Assembly: GCF_018336915.1 (NCBI RefSeq)
Contig: NZ_CP064926.1
Coordinates: 30,001-62,000 of the forward strand
DNA: 32,000 bases
Direction: 5' to 3'
Source: Acaryochloris marina S15
GTDB lineage: Bacteria > Cyanobacteriota > Cyanobacteriia > Thermosynechococcales > Thermosynechococcaceae
In this document: positions 8,114 through 16,912 of the stretch, piece after piece
Numbering within the stretch: position 1 is the stretch's first letter
Layout of the letters: each line of letters begins with the position of its first letter
Made by a program: the position numbers and the translations under genes
The notes under the pieces: model-generated
Databases searched by the model: none
What the model saw: the letters and a program-made list of their open reading frames with translations, nothing else
Told to the model about the DNA's origin: nothing

Positions 8114-9443
8114 CAGGGTAAGCGCAAGAAAATCAAGCCTCTGAAAGGCTAGACTGTAAAGGAATAGAAGCGCCTAGAACCTTGAGCATATACGCTTCAT
8201 CCATGCTCGCCCGTTTTAGTTTTTGACGGGTACTTTTCTTAAAGGACGTTTCTTGATTGAGAAGGTTGATGCTCCAGCGTCTCAGGATGGCCATGTTTTC
8301 CGGCGCATGTCCTGTGCGAATGCGGCTAGCATCTTCGCTAAAGGTCACGTCTAAGACCCAGTGGAGTTGGTTCTCAATCGACCAATGCTGGCGGATGGCT
8401 TTGCCCAACTGCTGAGCATTTGGCGGTAGAGAACTGATATAAAACATCACCTCATAGGTGGTTTTGTTCCACAGATGTCGGGTCCGAGCGACCTTGACGA
8501 TGGTTTGCAAGCCCTTCCACTGCGCCTGCTTGTACAGAGGACCCATCTGTTGAAGGGACACGGCCCAAACTTGTCGTTTCTCGCGACGATGGTGCCCTGC
8601 TTCCACCCGCGCATCATAGCTGTGCTCAATGCACTTAAACTCATTCGCCTCAGCCGTTTCAAACCATTGCTCAACCTGCTCAAACAGCGTGGGATGATTC
8701 TCCTTGAGGGCCAGCACATAGTCAGCCTCTTTAGCTTGAATGTGGCGGGCAATCTCGTGCTGAGTTCCCATTGCATCAATGGTAATAATGCACCCGGCAA
8801 TGTCTAATAGCTCTAGCAGTGCTGGAATAGCGGTAATTTCGTTACTCTTGTCTGCAACTTTGACCTGTCCTAGAAATAACCGATACTCACTGGCCCAAGC
8901 ACTGACCAGATGCAATGCGGATTGGTCTTGATTGCGATCATAGGAACCTCTGAGTTGTTTGCCGTCAATCGGTATCACTTGAGCGCCGAGGGTTGTCACT
9001 ACCTGATCCAACCAGTGATTGAAACTCCGCTCAAAAGCGGAGGGGCAAATACGCTCAAACACTCGTCGATAGGTTTCTGCTGTCGGTATCCCGGACGGTA
9101 AGCTCAGAAAACTCGACAACCAATCCTGATGGCTCAGACCATAGGTTTCAATGTCTTCCCACCCTTGTGCTCCACCTAAACTTGCCAATAGTCCAATCAC
9201 GACGATGCTGACAAACGGATGCTGGACACCTTGGCCTCCACGTGGATCAGGCAAATCTTCAAAACACTCGGACAATTGTTGATAAGCCTGATCGCAATCA
9301 CTGGCAGGCAGGAGTGACGAGGATGAGTCAGTGGAAGCTGGTGAGGAAGGAGGCTTGCTGAATCCTGTAGCCATGGGGAAACCCTTTTAACAGAATGGAG
9401 TTCCATAGCATATTACAGCTTCATTTTTCTTGCGCTGCCCCTG
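8114..9443 (-). mobile_element. ISAs1-family insertion sequence, copy 1 (1330 bp), no target duplication
   Basis: The ends are CAGGGTAAGCGCAAGAAAA (8114-) and the reverse complement CAGGGGCAGCGCAAGAAAA (-9443), matching at 17/19. The flanks CCCCCGAAGC and GCGAATGGTG do not match each other. Confidence 0.85.
8133..9374 (-). CDS. ISAs1-family transposase (H-repeat-associated type)
   Basis: 413-aa ORF. The N-terminal ..CFEDLPDPRGGQGVQHPFVSIVVIGLLA.. is typical of the ISAs1 DDE_Tnp_1-associated domain. A second copy at 16932-18173 differs by 3 residues. Confidence 0.85.
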   Translation of the reverse strand: MATGFSKPPSSPASTDSSSSLLPASDCDQAYQQLSECFEDLPDPRGGQGVQHPFVSIVVIGLLASLGGAQGWEDIETYGLSHQDWLSSFLSLPSGIPTAETYRRVFERICPSAFERSFNHWLDQVVTTLGAQVIPIDGKQLRGSYDRNQDQSALHLVSAWASEYRLFLGQVKVADKSNEITAIPALLELLDIAGCIITIDAMGTQHEIARHIQAKEADYVLALKENHPTLFEQVEQWFETAEANEFKCIEHSYDARVEAGHHRREKRQVWAVSLQQMGPLYKQAQWKGLQTIVKVARTRHLWNKTTYEVMFYISSLPPNAQQLGKAIRQHWSIENQLHWVLDVTFSEDASRIRTGHAPENMAILRRWSINLLNQETSFKKSTRQKLKRASMDEAYMLKVLGASIPLQSSLSEA

Positions 9444-9631
9444 GCGAATGGTGATGAGTTTATTATCTGACATGCTTGAAAATATAATGAGTGTTTTTGG
9501 TAAGAACCGCGAAAGGCTAATCAGCGGTTTGGAATACTTCAATTTTCACTAGACTCACTGTACAGATTATTGAAAGCACATTAAGACGATAATTGATTCT
9601 TTCGAAATAATTCGCCAATAGTGTCTCCCCT

Positions 9632-9808
9632 TCAATGACCCCAAACCAGCATCACTCTCTCCCGCTCCAACCACCCCCCGATCATCTCTTCAATCCGCTC
9701 CATCGTCTCGCCAGGACGCAGCTCAATCACTTGCCAAATATCGAACGTGTCCTCAATCTCAACGGCGCACTCCCAGCAAAATTCAGGAGTAGAAAAAACA
9801 TCCCTCAC
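9632..9808 (-). other. Small ORF or 3' gene remnant ending ..ERIEEMIGGWLERERVMLVWGH*
   Basis: The minus-strand frame is open from the response-regulator stop (9880) down to 9632 but has no ATG. The first plausible start is GTG at 9808 (58 aa). Its C-terminal peptide recurs in degenerate form at 11587-11651. Confidence 0.3.
9638..9702. repeat. 65-bp segment paralogous to 11587-11651
   Basis: Shared blocks are ACCCCAAAC .. CTCTCCCGCTCCAACC .. ATCTC(T/C)TCAATCCGCTCCA. On the minus strand both encode ERIEEM..LERERV..VWG followed by a stop. Confidence 0.6.
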
Positions 9809-9879
9809 AAAAGGCTTCCCTGTTCCCGCTACCGTAATCCAGTCTTGCCTAGAGATGTTTTCAGAAACAACCAGGTGTT

Positions 9880-10632
9880 CTAGCTGACCTGCTGATCAGC
9901 CAAAATTTGTGATTGATCATATTTCAGTGCATAACCTACACCACGAATCGTATGAATCATCACTGATTCTCCTAGATTCTCTTTGAGTTTATGACGCAAA
10001 CGTGACATGTGAACCTCGACTGTTCGCGTATCAACTATGGACTCTTCACCATATCCCCATACTTTCTGTAAAAGCTCCTGACGAGAAACAGCTTCTCCAA
10101 GTCGGCTAGCCAATAGTTCCAATAAACTAAATTCCATCTGGGTGAAGAAGAGACGTGCTCGGTCGTGGTAAATCTGCCGTTTATTTCTATCAATGTAGAG
10201 TGAGCCAATCTCAATCACACCAGGGATTTGATACTTCGATATTTTTACAGCATCCAGTCTGCGGAGAATAACCCGAACACGAGATTCTAGTTCTTTAGGT
10301 GAAAAGGGCTTGACCATATAATCATCAGCACCCATTTCTAAGCCAGTAATACGATCTGCTGTCCCTGACAGAGCGGTCAGCATAATAATCGGAATTCTCG
10401 ATATTTTGCGGACGGCTTGACAAACACCATAACCATCCAGTTTCGGCATCATCACATCTAGTACAATCAAGTCGGGATCTTGATGCTCAAAAACTTCTAG
10501 TGCTTCTATGCCATCAGCAGCAGTGAAGACCTTATAGCCCACCATAGTTAGCCGGGTTGATAATATTCGTCGAACCGAAGTTTCATCATCAACGACTAAA
10601 ATTGAATGCTGTTGGTGACTAGGATTATTCAT
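9880..10632 (-). CDS. OmpR-family response regulator, RpaB/Ycf27-like
   Basis: It has a REC domain (..ILVVDDE..DLIVLDVMMPKLDGYGVC..IIMLTALS..DYMVKPFSPKELE..) and a winged-helix output domain (..VEVHMSRLRHKL..IHTIRGVGY). No cognate histidine kinase lies nearby. Confidence 0.85.
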   Translation of the reverse strand: MNNPSHQQHSILVVDDETSVRRILSTRLTMVGYKVFTAADGIEALEVFEHQDPDLIVLDVMMPKLDGYGVCQAVRKISRIPIIMLTALSGTADRITGLEMGADDYMVKPFSPKELESRVRVILRRLDAVKISKYQIPGVIEIGSLYIDRNKRQIYHDRARLFFTQMEFSLLELLASRLGEAVSRQELLQKVWGYGEESIVDTRTVEVHMSRLRHKLKENLGESVMIHTIRGVGYALKYDQSQILADQQVS

Positions 10633-11084
10633 GGATTCAAACTTTGCCGTATGAAAACCTTAAGAAAGAATTCAATATACTGATCAGAATTAACTTTCTA
10701 AATCTATAAAAATGAGAGCATTTTGTATATTCTTAATATCTTGAAGGAGTGCCAATAATAACTAGTTTGAAAGCATCTACTTAGAACTTATTTCTTAGAT
10801 GCTTACCTCCCCTAAAAGCAAGTAGTTCTTGAAGCTATAGCAGGCAAAATGTACCTGCTTAGAATTCATAATTGCATCCGTACAGTTGATAGAATTCCTT
10901 TTAGTATAGATAGAACTATGTAAACAATCAAATCATTTGTGATTTATTTCTATCTATATATCAACTAGGCTCTTAGGCTTCTCAGACATGATTGAAGCAT
11001 ACCCAGTGACCTCATAACCGATTTATGATCCCTATCTACTGTAGTTTTCCATCGAACTCAATGATTACTGGATCGACACTTTAC

Positions 11085-11495
11085 CTAACTATCGATCATG
11101 AGTTTTAAGCCATGGACTGGGCAGACAGGAATTTCGTCTTCTCGATTCTTGCGATACCAATCTTGATGGCATTTTTCGACGGGACAGACATACCGGGGAC
11201 TTTCAACAGAATTTTTGATCCCTGGAAGAGGATAATAAATTCTGAGGGCTTTAAGAATATCCTCAGCAGGATATTGTTCTTCTAGATATAATCTGATCCA
11301 ATCACGGGTGGGTTCATTCTCAGCTAAAAGGCTGGAGAGCTGTGTATGGCTCCCTTGTTGGAGTGAAGACTCAGATAGTAGTCCCTCTAACTGTCTTTCT
11401 ATTCGTTGTGCAGCCGGAGCATCAAGGAGTTCTGCAATATAGGGTTGGATTGCCTTAGCTGCTGTACAGATGTCATCGGGTGAATATTTCATCAT
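11085..11495 (-). CDS. Hypothetical protein with a C-terminal Cys/His zinc-ribbon-like motif
   Basis: 136-aa ORF. The C-terminus reads ..YVCPVEKCHQDWYRKNREDEIPVCPVHGLKL (CPx3C..CPxH). No recognisable family. Confidence 0.45.
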   Translation of the reverse strand: MMKYSPDDICTAAKAIQPYIAELLDAPAAQRIERQLEGLLSESSLQQGSHTQLSSLLAENEPTRDWIRLYLEEQYPAEDILKALRIYYPLPGIKNSVESPRYVCPVEKCHQDWYRKNREDEIPVCPVHGLKLMIDS

Positions 11496-11586
11496 TCGCT
11501 ATGCTCGACTATTAGTTGAATCTTTTAGATAGCCCCAAATCTTACAATAGCTTCTTATTCGGTAATCTATTACTTGGTAACCCTCA

Positions 11587-11651
11587 ACCCCAAACACTCG
11601 CCACCCTCTCCCGCTCCAACCCCAGCCGCACCATCTCCTCAATCCGCTCCA
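11587..11651. repeat. 65-bp segment paralogous to 9638-9702 (degenerate gene 3' end)
   Basis: The minus strand reads LLERIEEMVRLGLERERVASVWG*. It is preceded by a short out-of-frame MRGIEETLDVFTGL*, so only a fragment remains. Confidence 0.55.
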
Positions 11652-11700
11652 ACAATTACAGACCAGTAAACACATCTAGAGTTTCTTCGATTCCCCGCAT

Positions 11701-12210
11701 ATGGCTCGAAACATTGAAATCAAGGCCCGCATCCACAACATTGAAACCATCACCAAACTGGTAGCTCAATTTGCCGATCAAGGACCCATCGAGATTGTGC
11801 AAGACGATACCTTTTTCCAGTGTGAGAATGGCAGGCTAAAGCTTCGATCACTATCCAAAACTGAAGGAAAGCTGATCTTCTACCGTCGCCAAGATCAACC
11901 CGGTCCAAAAGAATCCTTTTACCTGATCTCACCCACTTCATCGCCAGACAGCTTACGTGAAGCGCTGACGTTGGCCTATGGTCAAGCTGGTCGTGTCCGC
12001 AAGGTGCGAACCTTATTTCTCGTTGGTAGAACCCGCGTTCATCTGGATAAGGTTGAAGGGTTAGGTCATTTTCTTGAACTGGAAGTGATACTTGCAGAAG
12101 GTGAGTTACCAGAGACGGGGATTGAAGAAGCTCACCTGCTCATGGATAAGCTTGGGATCGAACAGTCTCAACTTATAGATAGAGCCTATGTCGATCTACT
12201 GATCGTTTAA
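11701..12210 (+). CDS. CYTH-domain protein (class IV adenylate cyclase / triphosphate tunnel metalloenzyme type)
   Basis: The N-terminal NIEIKAR is the ExExK CYTH signature. The ORF is 169 aa and carries ..GRTRVHLDKVEGLGHFLELEV.. as in CyaB-like proteins. Confidence 0.75.
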   Translation: MARNIEIKARIHNIETITKLVAQFADQGPIEIVQDDTFFQCENGRLKLRSLSKTEGKLIFYRRQDQPGPKESFYLISPTSSPDSLREALTLAYGQAGRVRKVRTLFLVGRTRVHLDKVEGLGHFLELEVILAEGELPETGIEEAHLLMDKLGIEQSQLIDRAYVDLLIV

Positions 12211-12434
12211 GTTGTCTACCCTCGGCTTTCTCCTGACCTGGGTACAAGACCCTCACTTGCTGTTCAGCTCTGTGGATAGCTCGGCTCCTGGCGCTATCTA
12301 GGAGGTCGATCAGAGCGTCTTCGGGGTCTTCGTTGGAATAAAGGTAGGCGAGGAATCCAAGGTTCAGGAGTGAGGTGGATGGTCAGGCTGGAGGTTGGCT
12401 GAGGAGTGGGCATAGATAGAAATTGAAGAATAAC

Positions 12435-12737
12435 CTAATCAAATAATCCATCTACTTTTTGTCGAAAAGCAATCAGAGCATGAGAGCCACGGTACTGCTT
12501 CAGCTCTTCGAGTAATTGATCTGATACCTCTGAAGATACAATCGTTTTCACTTGAATATTGGTATTAAATCCTGCAATATCCCCCATCCGCTGACCATGA
12601 CTCCCTGCTCCCTGGGCTGGAATGATGGTGTACCCAGAGGCATCTAATGTATTGAGTAAATGGATCAGACGATGCTGTAATACCGCTTCACAAATAACGG
12701 TGACCAAAATACCTTGGTTTATTGAAGAAGAAGACAT
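12435..12737 (-). CDS. P-II-like small signal-transduction protein (divergent P-II family)
   Basis: ..ILVTVICEAVLQHRLIHLLNTLDASGYTIIPAQGAGSHGQRMGD..NIQVKTIVSSEVSDQLLEEL.. follows the beta-alpha-beta pattern and Gly-rich T-loop-like segment of P-II-like proteins. The probable start is ATG 12737 (MSSSSINQG..); the longest ORF extends to 12836. Confidence 0.5.
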   Translation of the reverse strand: MSSSSINQGILVTVICEAVLQHRLIHLLNTLDASGYTIIPAQGAGSHGQRMGDIAGFNTNIQVKTIVSSEVSDQLLEELKQYRGSHALIAFRQKVDGLFD

Positions 12738-12951
12738 GGGAACTCCAAATGAGTTGTGTTCAGCTAAAATCTCTGATACAGCACTTTCACCACAAATATT
12801 TACGTCATGACTATCTGGCTGGAGACCCTTGATCATGGCATCTTCAAATCCTACCCTCCAATTCTGAGATCTCTATGAAGATTGCTTTTACTCTCAAAAG
12901 AAGAAATAGGGATCGGGTAGCATAATCATGACTAATCTTGGATATCACCTC

Positions 12952-13227
12952 ATGTCGATTTACGTTGGTAACCTCTCTTATGACGTTACAGAGCAAGACC
13001 TAAATACCGCTTTTGCCGAATATGGAACCGTAAAAAGTGCCAAGCTTCCCACTGACCGAGAAACAGGACGCAAACGTGGATTTGCCTTTGTCGAAATGGG
13101 TGATGATGCTGAGGAAGCCAAAGCTATTGAAGAACTTGACGGTGCTGAATGGATGGGACGTACCCTGAAAGTGAATAAAGCAAAGCCCCGTGAGAATAGA
13201 GGTGGTGGTGGTGGTAACCGCTGGTAG
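12952..13227 (+). CDS. RRM-type RNA-binding protein with glycine-rich tail (cyanobacterial Rbp class)
   Basis: It has RNP2 (IYVGNL), RNP1 (RGFAFVEM) and a C-terminal RGGGGGNRW. The start is taken at MSIYVGNL. Confidence 0.85.
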   Translation: MSIYVGNLSYDVTEQDLNTAFAEYGTVKSAKLPTDRETGRKRGFAFVEMGDDAEEAKAIEELDGAEWMGRTLKVNKAKPRENRGGGGGNRW

Positions 13228-13277
13228 AGCTAATTTGAAGTAAGGGGATTAGCGCTCATAGCTCAATCGTTTTAGGG

Positions 13278-13454
13278 CTATGAGATTACCTGATCAGATT
13301 TCTCTGCTTCACTCATAACAGCTTCCACACCCACCACCGTGACCATGACTCCTTTTCGCTGACACTCAAAACGATAGAGTTTTCTATCCTCCAACTTCTC
13401 CAAGCACTCCTTACTAATCGGCCATAAACAAACTAAGCTGCGATTTCCCGCCAT
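13278..13454 (-). CDS. Possible small protein (58 aa), below the ORF-track threshold
   Basis: Manual minus-strand translation: MAGNRSLVCLWPISKECLEKLEDRKLYRFECQRKGVMVTVVGVEAVMSEAEKSDQVIS*. The composition looks non-random but no family is recognised. Confidence 0.3.
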   Translation of the reverse strand: MAGNRSLVCLWPISKECLEKLEDRKLYRFECQRKGVMVTVVGVEAVMSEAEKSDQVIS

Positions 13455-13657
13455 TTAGTATAAGTGTACTTATTATATCTACCAATTTTGGTCATCACAG
13501 CGATCAGATGTTGGATCTATTTTTAGTAGAGTCAGATTATTGAAAATTTCTGAAAAGCTATCTATGTATAAGTTATGAGTGTAGTTGGCGTCTTATCACA
13601 GCCTTGATCGTTTACGGCCAATCTGAGCGAATAGATAGATCAGGTAGATGGGCTTGA

Positions 13658-14656
13658 TCATTTGCCGACTCCTCCATGCCCTAGGAGATTGTCAAAGGTT
13701 TCAGGGGGTAGACGCGATTCCTTCAACGCATTCTCAACAAATTCCTGAACCGTTTGATCCTTTCCACGACGCCCTCGTAACAGTTTTGCCAATGAGTGAG
13801 TTTGTCCAAATTGAGGTTTGCTGGAGTTAATTTGCTTCAGTCTCTCTGCCTGGTATAAGCCTTGAAGGAGATAGTTAGCGATCCCATAGTTATCGAGGCT
13901 AGATCGCTCGATCAGTTGCTTCTCTGTCGGCGTCTCAATCGTTGCCTTAGCCTGGGGGGTCTTCGGTGCGCGGATCAGGGGCAATGGCTCAGACGGAGGT
14001 TCTTCAGCCTTGTCTTCAGACGTTGGCTCAACTGGATCGGGACCGTCAGAGTCTTCTGTCTCTTCAGGTGCAGGCTTAGACTCTTTAACTGGCTTGGATT
14101 CTTCGACTGGTTTGGATGCAACACCTCCCGATGAAAAAGCGTTGCTAAACTCACTAGAAACCTTTAATTTCTTAGGTTTCTTGCCTTTCTTCTCTTTTTT
14201 GATCTGCTTGTCGAGCCTAGTTGGAGGAGAAAAGACGTTTGTGGCCATGACGGGCTGAACGGGCTGAGGTTGGGCAGCTTTAATGGAGGGTGACCCATCA
14301 ATAGCAGTACTAAAACGACTCGGAATACCTTTGGTCTTCTTTAGGAGGAATGTTTTGGTTTTCTCCTTACCGCCAACCCGGTAGATCACTGTTAACGTGG
14401 TGCTATTATCGATATCGCCTTTAGGCTTTAAATTGACAAAAATAAACTTCGCGCTAGGGATTTTAGGGCGTTCTCCAAAATCAAACGCATCGAAGGCTCC
14501 AGGCCAAGCTTCTACAACGACAGCATCTTCATTATTGAAGTAAAAAGTGTGCCCATGCTTTGGAGCAACTTCAATAGTCGGAAAATCTTGGGATTGGGCT
14601 TGGACTATCCCAGGAACTGTAGCTATCAGTAATGCGAGAGGGATGGCTTTGTACAT
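13658..14656 (-). CDS. Secreted protein: signal peptide, beta-rich N-domain, K/P/E-rich disordered linker, conserved helical C-domain
   Basis: The signal peptide is MYKAIPLALLIATVPGIVQAQ. A low-complexity linker follows (..KKEKKGKKPKKLK..KPVEESKPVKESKPAPEETED..). It lies downstream and on the same strand as the sigma factor gene. Confidence 0.6.
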   Translation of the reverse strand: MYKAIPLALLIATVPGIVQAQSQDFPTIEVAPKHGHTFYFNNEDAVVVEAWPGAFDAFDFGERPKIPSAKFIFVNLKPKGDIDNSTTLTVIYRVGGKEKTKTFLLKKTKGIPSRFSTAIDGSPSIKAAQPQPVQPVMATNVFSPPTRLDKQIKKEKKGKKPKKLKVSSEFSNAFSSGGVASKPVEESKPVKESKPAPEETEDSDGPDPVEPTSEDKAEEPPSEPLPLIRAPKTPQAKATIETPTEKQLIERSSLDNYGIANYLLQGLYQAERLKQINSSKPQFGQTHSLAKLLRGRRGKDQTVQEFVENALKESRLPPETFDNLLGHGGVGK

Positions 14657-14914
14657 GTCAATAACTCGAAATAAACGACGAGAAATAATTAGTCAACAAA
14701 TGAGATGACAAAGACAAAAGAACTAGAAAAAAATACTAGTTTCTCAGCCTATGCAATCATTTCAAATATCTAAACTCCTTGCAAAAAGCTACTTAAACAA
14801 GAAAAACTTAATTTCTTGAAAATGGTCTAATTGAATTTCGATATTCAATTTTTAGCTTGAATTTATTAGCCAAAATCAGATCAAATCTCCCTACAGAAAG
14901 CGTAGGAAAAACCT

Positions 14915-15130
14915 TCAGTCTGACTTTCTTCTTTCGGGAATGAACTCTGGTTTCTCCCCGACATCGATGCTGCTCACGTCCACGAGTCGATCTAGGCCAA
15001 TTCTCCATGCGTTGAGCCCTACCTTTCGGCCCATCCCTTAACCCTCCTGAGTCAATGTGATGGTGAAGGATTTCAGCATGGACTTGTTCGGGGATTGCTG
15101 ACTGAGATGCTGACTTTGAGAATGAGTCAT
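14915..15130 (-). pseudogene. Small ORF with in-frame TAA (possible broken ribbon-helix-helix-like gene)
   Basis: Manual translation: MTHSQSQHLSQQSPNKSMLKSFTITLTQEG*GMGRKVGLNAWRIGLDRLVDVSSIDVGEKPEFIPERRKSD*. The internal TAA is at 15038-15040, in the same frame. The family guess is weak. Confidence 0.25.
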
Positions 15131-15205
15131 ACCAATCAGCACCTAAGAGTGTAATTTTGATTATTTGCTAAGCCAATTCAGTATTGGGTTGCACGAATTT
15201 GAGAG

Positions 15206-16192
15206 TTACACTTTCAGGTACAACTTGGTATCAGTATTTTTTTTAAGGGGATGAAAGGGAAGATGTAAGGGAATTAGAAAACGATTGAAACACTTCTGAA
15301 ATTGGCGCTTCAGGCTTTTACAGCAGAACTCAGTCGCAAGCAAAACTTTGGCAAACACATAATGCTGCCATCGTTGAGGTACTGGGGCCGACTCTACTAC
15401 TGGCTCATCAATTCCACCGACGAGCCACCCTTTAAGCTTCTCCAATGCTGCTTTGCAGATTTGCTGGATTCTTTGGCTAGTTAAACTGAAAAACCCACCA
15501 ATATCCTTAAAGGTCCATCCTTCCAAAAATCGAAGACGAATCACTTCTTGTTGCCGTGGATTCAGACGCTGGACCAAGTTCTTTAGTTCGGGAGATAAAG
15601 GTAGATCGCTACCCTCACAAGACTCATCGGCCTGTAGGTCCAGTAACTCTGTATGCCCCTCTGCTCCAATACCTACGTTTAAGGAGGTGGGTTGCGAAAT
15701 TGACTGGAGTTCAAGAATGCGTTTTTCACGAAGTTGAGTATATTCCGCTATTTCAGAAACAGTCGCCTCTTGGCCTAACACTCTTTGGGCTTTTCTGAGT
15801 TTCGCCAGCTGCTCATGGGCTGACTTAGGGATGCGGATAGTATCGGTCTGAAATAGTGATTCACTCTGAAATTTGCGAATCCAAAATTGTCCGTAGGTGC
15901 GTATGTTCGATTGCTGCTCAGGATCCCAACGATCTATCGCCTCGTTCAGACCGATGACGCCTGCTGACAACAGCTCATCATCTTCCAAACCTCTGCCAGA
16001 AGAACGACCTCCCACGGCGCTGATCCAAGCAAGGTTAGCAGAGATAATCTGTTGACGTGCCTCGTGGTCACCCTGCTTGGCCCTCAGTATCAAAGCTGAT
16101 TCTAATTCAGGGGATAGTCTAGAAGTGCGTTCAATAGCTGCACTCACGGAAGCATCAAAGCAAAGTCCTTGATGTAATTGATTTGAATACAT
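15206..16192 (-). CDS. Sigma-70 family RNA polymerase sigma factor with a C-terminal extension of about 70 aa
   Basis: Region 2 (..AIDRWDPEQQSNIRTYGQFWIRK..) and the region 4 HTH (..LNPRQQEVIRLRFLEGWTFKDIGGFFSLTSQRIQQICKAALEKLK..) are both present. The likely ATG is at 16192, preceded by AGGAAAGGG. The longest ORF starts at TTG 16276. Confidence 0.8.
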   Translation of the reverse strand: MYSNQLHQGLCFDASVSAAIERTSRLSPELESALILRAKQGDHEARQQIISANLAWISAVGGRSSGRGLEDDELLSAGVIGLNEAIDRWDPEQQSNIRTYGQFWIRKFQSESLFQTDTIRIPKSAHEQLAKLRKAQRVLGQEATVSEIAEYTQLREKRILELQSISQPTSLNVGIGAEGHTELLDLQADESCEGSDLPLSPELKNLVQRLNPRQQEVIRLRFLEGWTFKDIGGFFSLTSQRIQQICKAALEKLKGWLVGGIDEPVVESAPVPQRWQHYVFAKVLLATEFCCKSLKRQFQKCFNRFLIPLHLPFHPLKKNTDTKLYLKV

Positions 16193-16912
16193 GTCGCTCA
16201 CCCTTTCCTGTCGTCGGAGAAGTGGCAGCGGTTCAACGGTGTTGTTGCAATAGAAATAGTGATCATCGTTTTCCAAACCCCTAATGAAGGTGCGGGAGTA
16301 TGTAAGAAATCGGTATTTAATCGATCAGGTTTGAACAGCTTTCGCTGAACCATCCTCAAATTGGAATAGAGCTAGCTCTGTACTGAATATTCTTGGCAAC
16401 TTAAAAGCCCTGTCTAATCGCAATCTAGCGATTCAGGAATTCATAGATGAAATGGGGGCAGAGGTAGAAATTACGGAAATCAGAGCCCCATCATTGCCAA
16501 GAGAAACTATGCAGCAGTATCAAATACTTCAGCTTGTGTTAGCCCCAAAGACCGTGGAGCTAATGGAGCAATCTCCAATCGCTGGTTAATAAACTGTCTT
16601 GCACCACTTTCCGCAAGATGGTGGTGCAACATCTGGGATTGGACGTAAGGCCCATAGAGAAGAATATTCACCTGATCTCTTATGGCATAACCATGCAATC
16701 GCAGTTCATAACTCACAAAAACATCAATACGATTGCTCAACGGTGGATGATCACAACCCAGCCTATACAGAGCTTCATAGGTATAAGTCAGTGCCATTGA
16801 TAATAAACTTTGAACCTTACAAGCAGCTTGAAGGTATATATCTCGGTATTCCTGAACTACCGATGGATCTAGCTGAGCAGCACTTTGGGGGTCACTATCA
16901 TCGCCAGGGGGG

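Noticed and set aside
8447-9406. Nested or antisense ORFs inside the ISAs1 transposase genes (8447-8800, 8475-8807, 8910-9101, 9197-9406, and their twins at 17246-18205)
   Set aside because: They overlap a long, well-supported transposase frame and recur only because the IS is duplicated. Their composition is typical of off-frame translation.
9635-9883. Pro-rich 82-aa plus-strand ORFs at 9635-9883 and 11516-11764
   Set aside because: They are low-complexity translations antisense to a conserved minus-strand peptide, so the similarity between them is explained by the opposite strand.
218-10856. 12-bp identity CAAAATGTACCT at 218-229 and 10845-10856
   Set aside because: Exact 12-mers shared by chance are expected many times among all position pairs in 32 kb, and there is no extended similarity around them.
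12211-12434. Possible frameshifted small minus-strand gene (MPTPQPTSSLTIHLTPEPW.. in one frame, ..YSNEDPEDALIDLLDSARSRAIHRAEQQ.. in another)
   Set aside because: Both pieces are under 60 aa with no recognisable family. The join is speculative, so support is not sufficient to annotate it.
13255-13284. Hairpin CTCATAGC-N14-GCTATGAG after the RRM gene as a terminator
   Set aside because: The stem is short, the loop is large and no T-tract follows. It also overlaps the end of the possible small minus-strand ORF.
14808-15008. 66-aa highly basic ORF (minus strand)
   Set aside because: It has Arg/Lys-rich composition and no motif. It overlaps the more coherent, though itself doubtful, small frame at 14915-15130.
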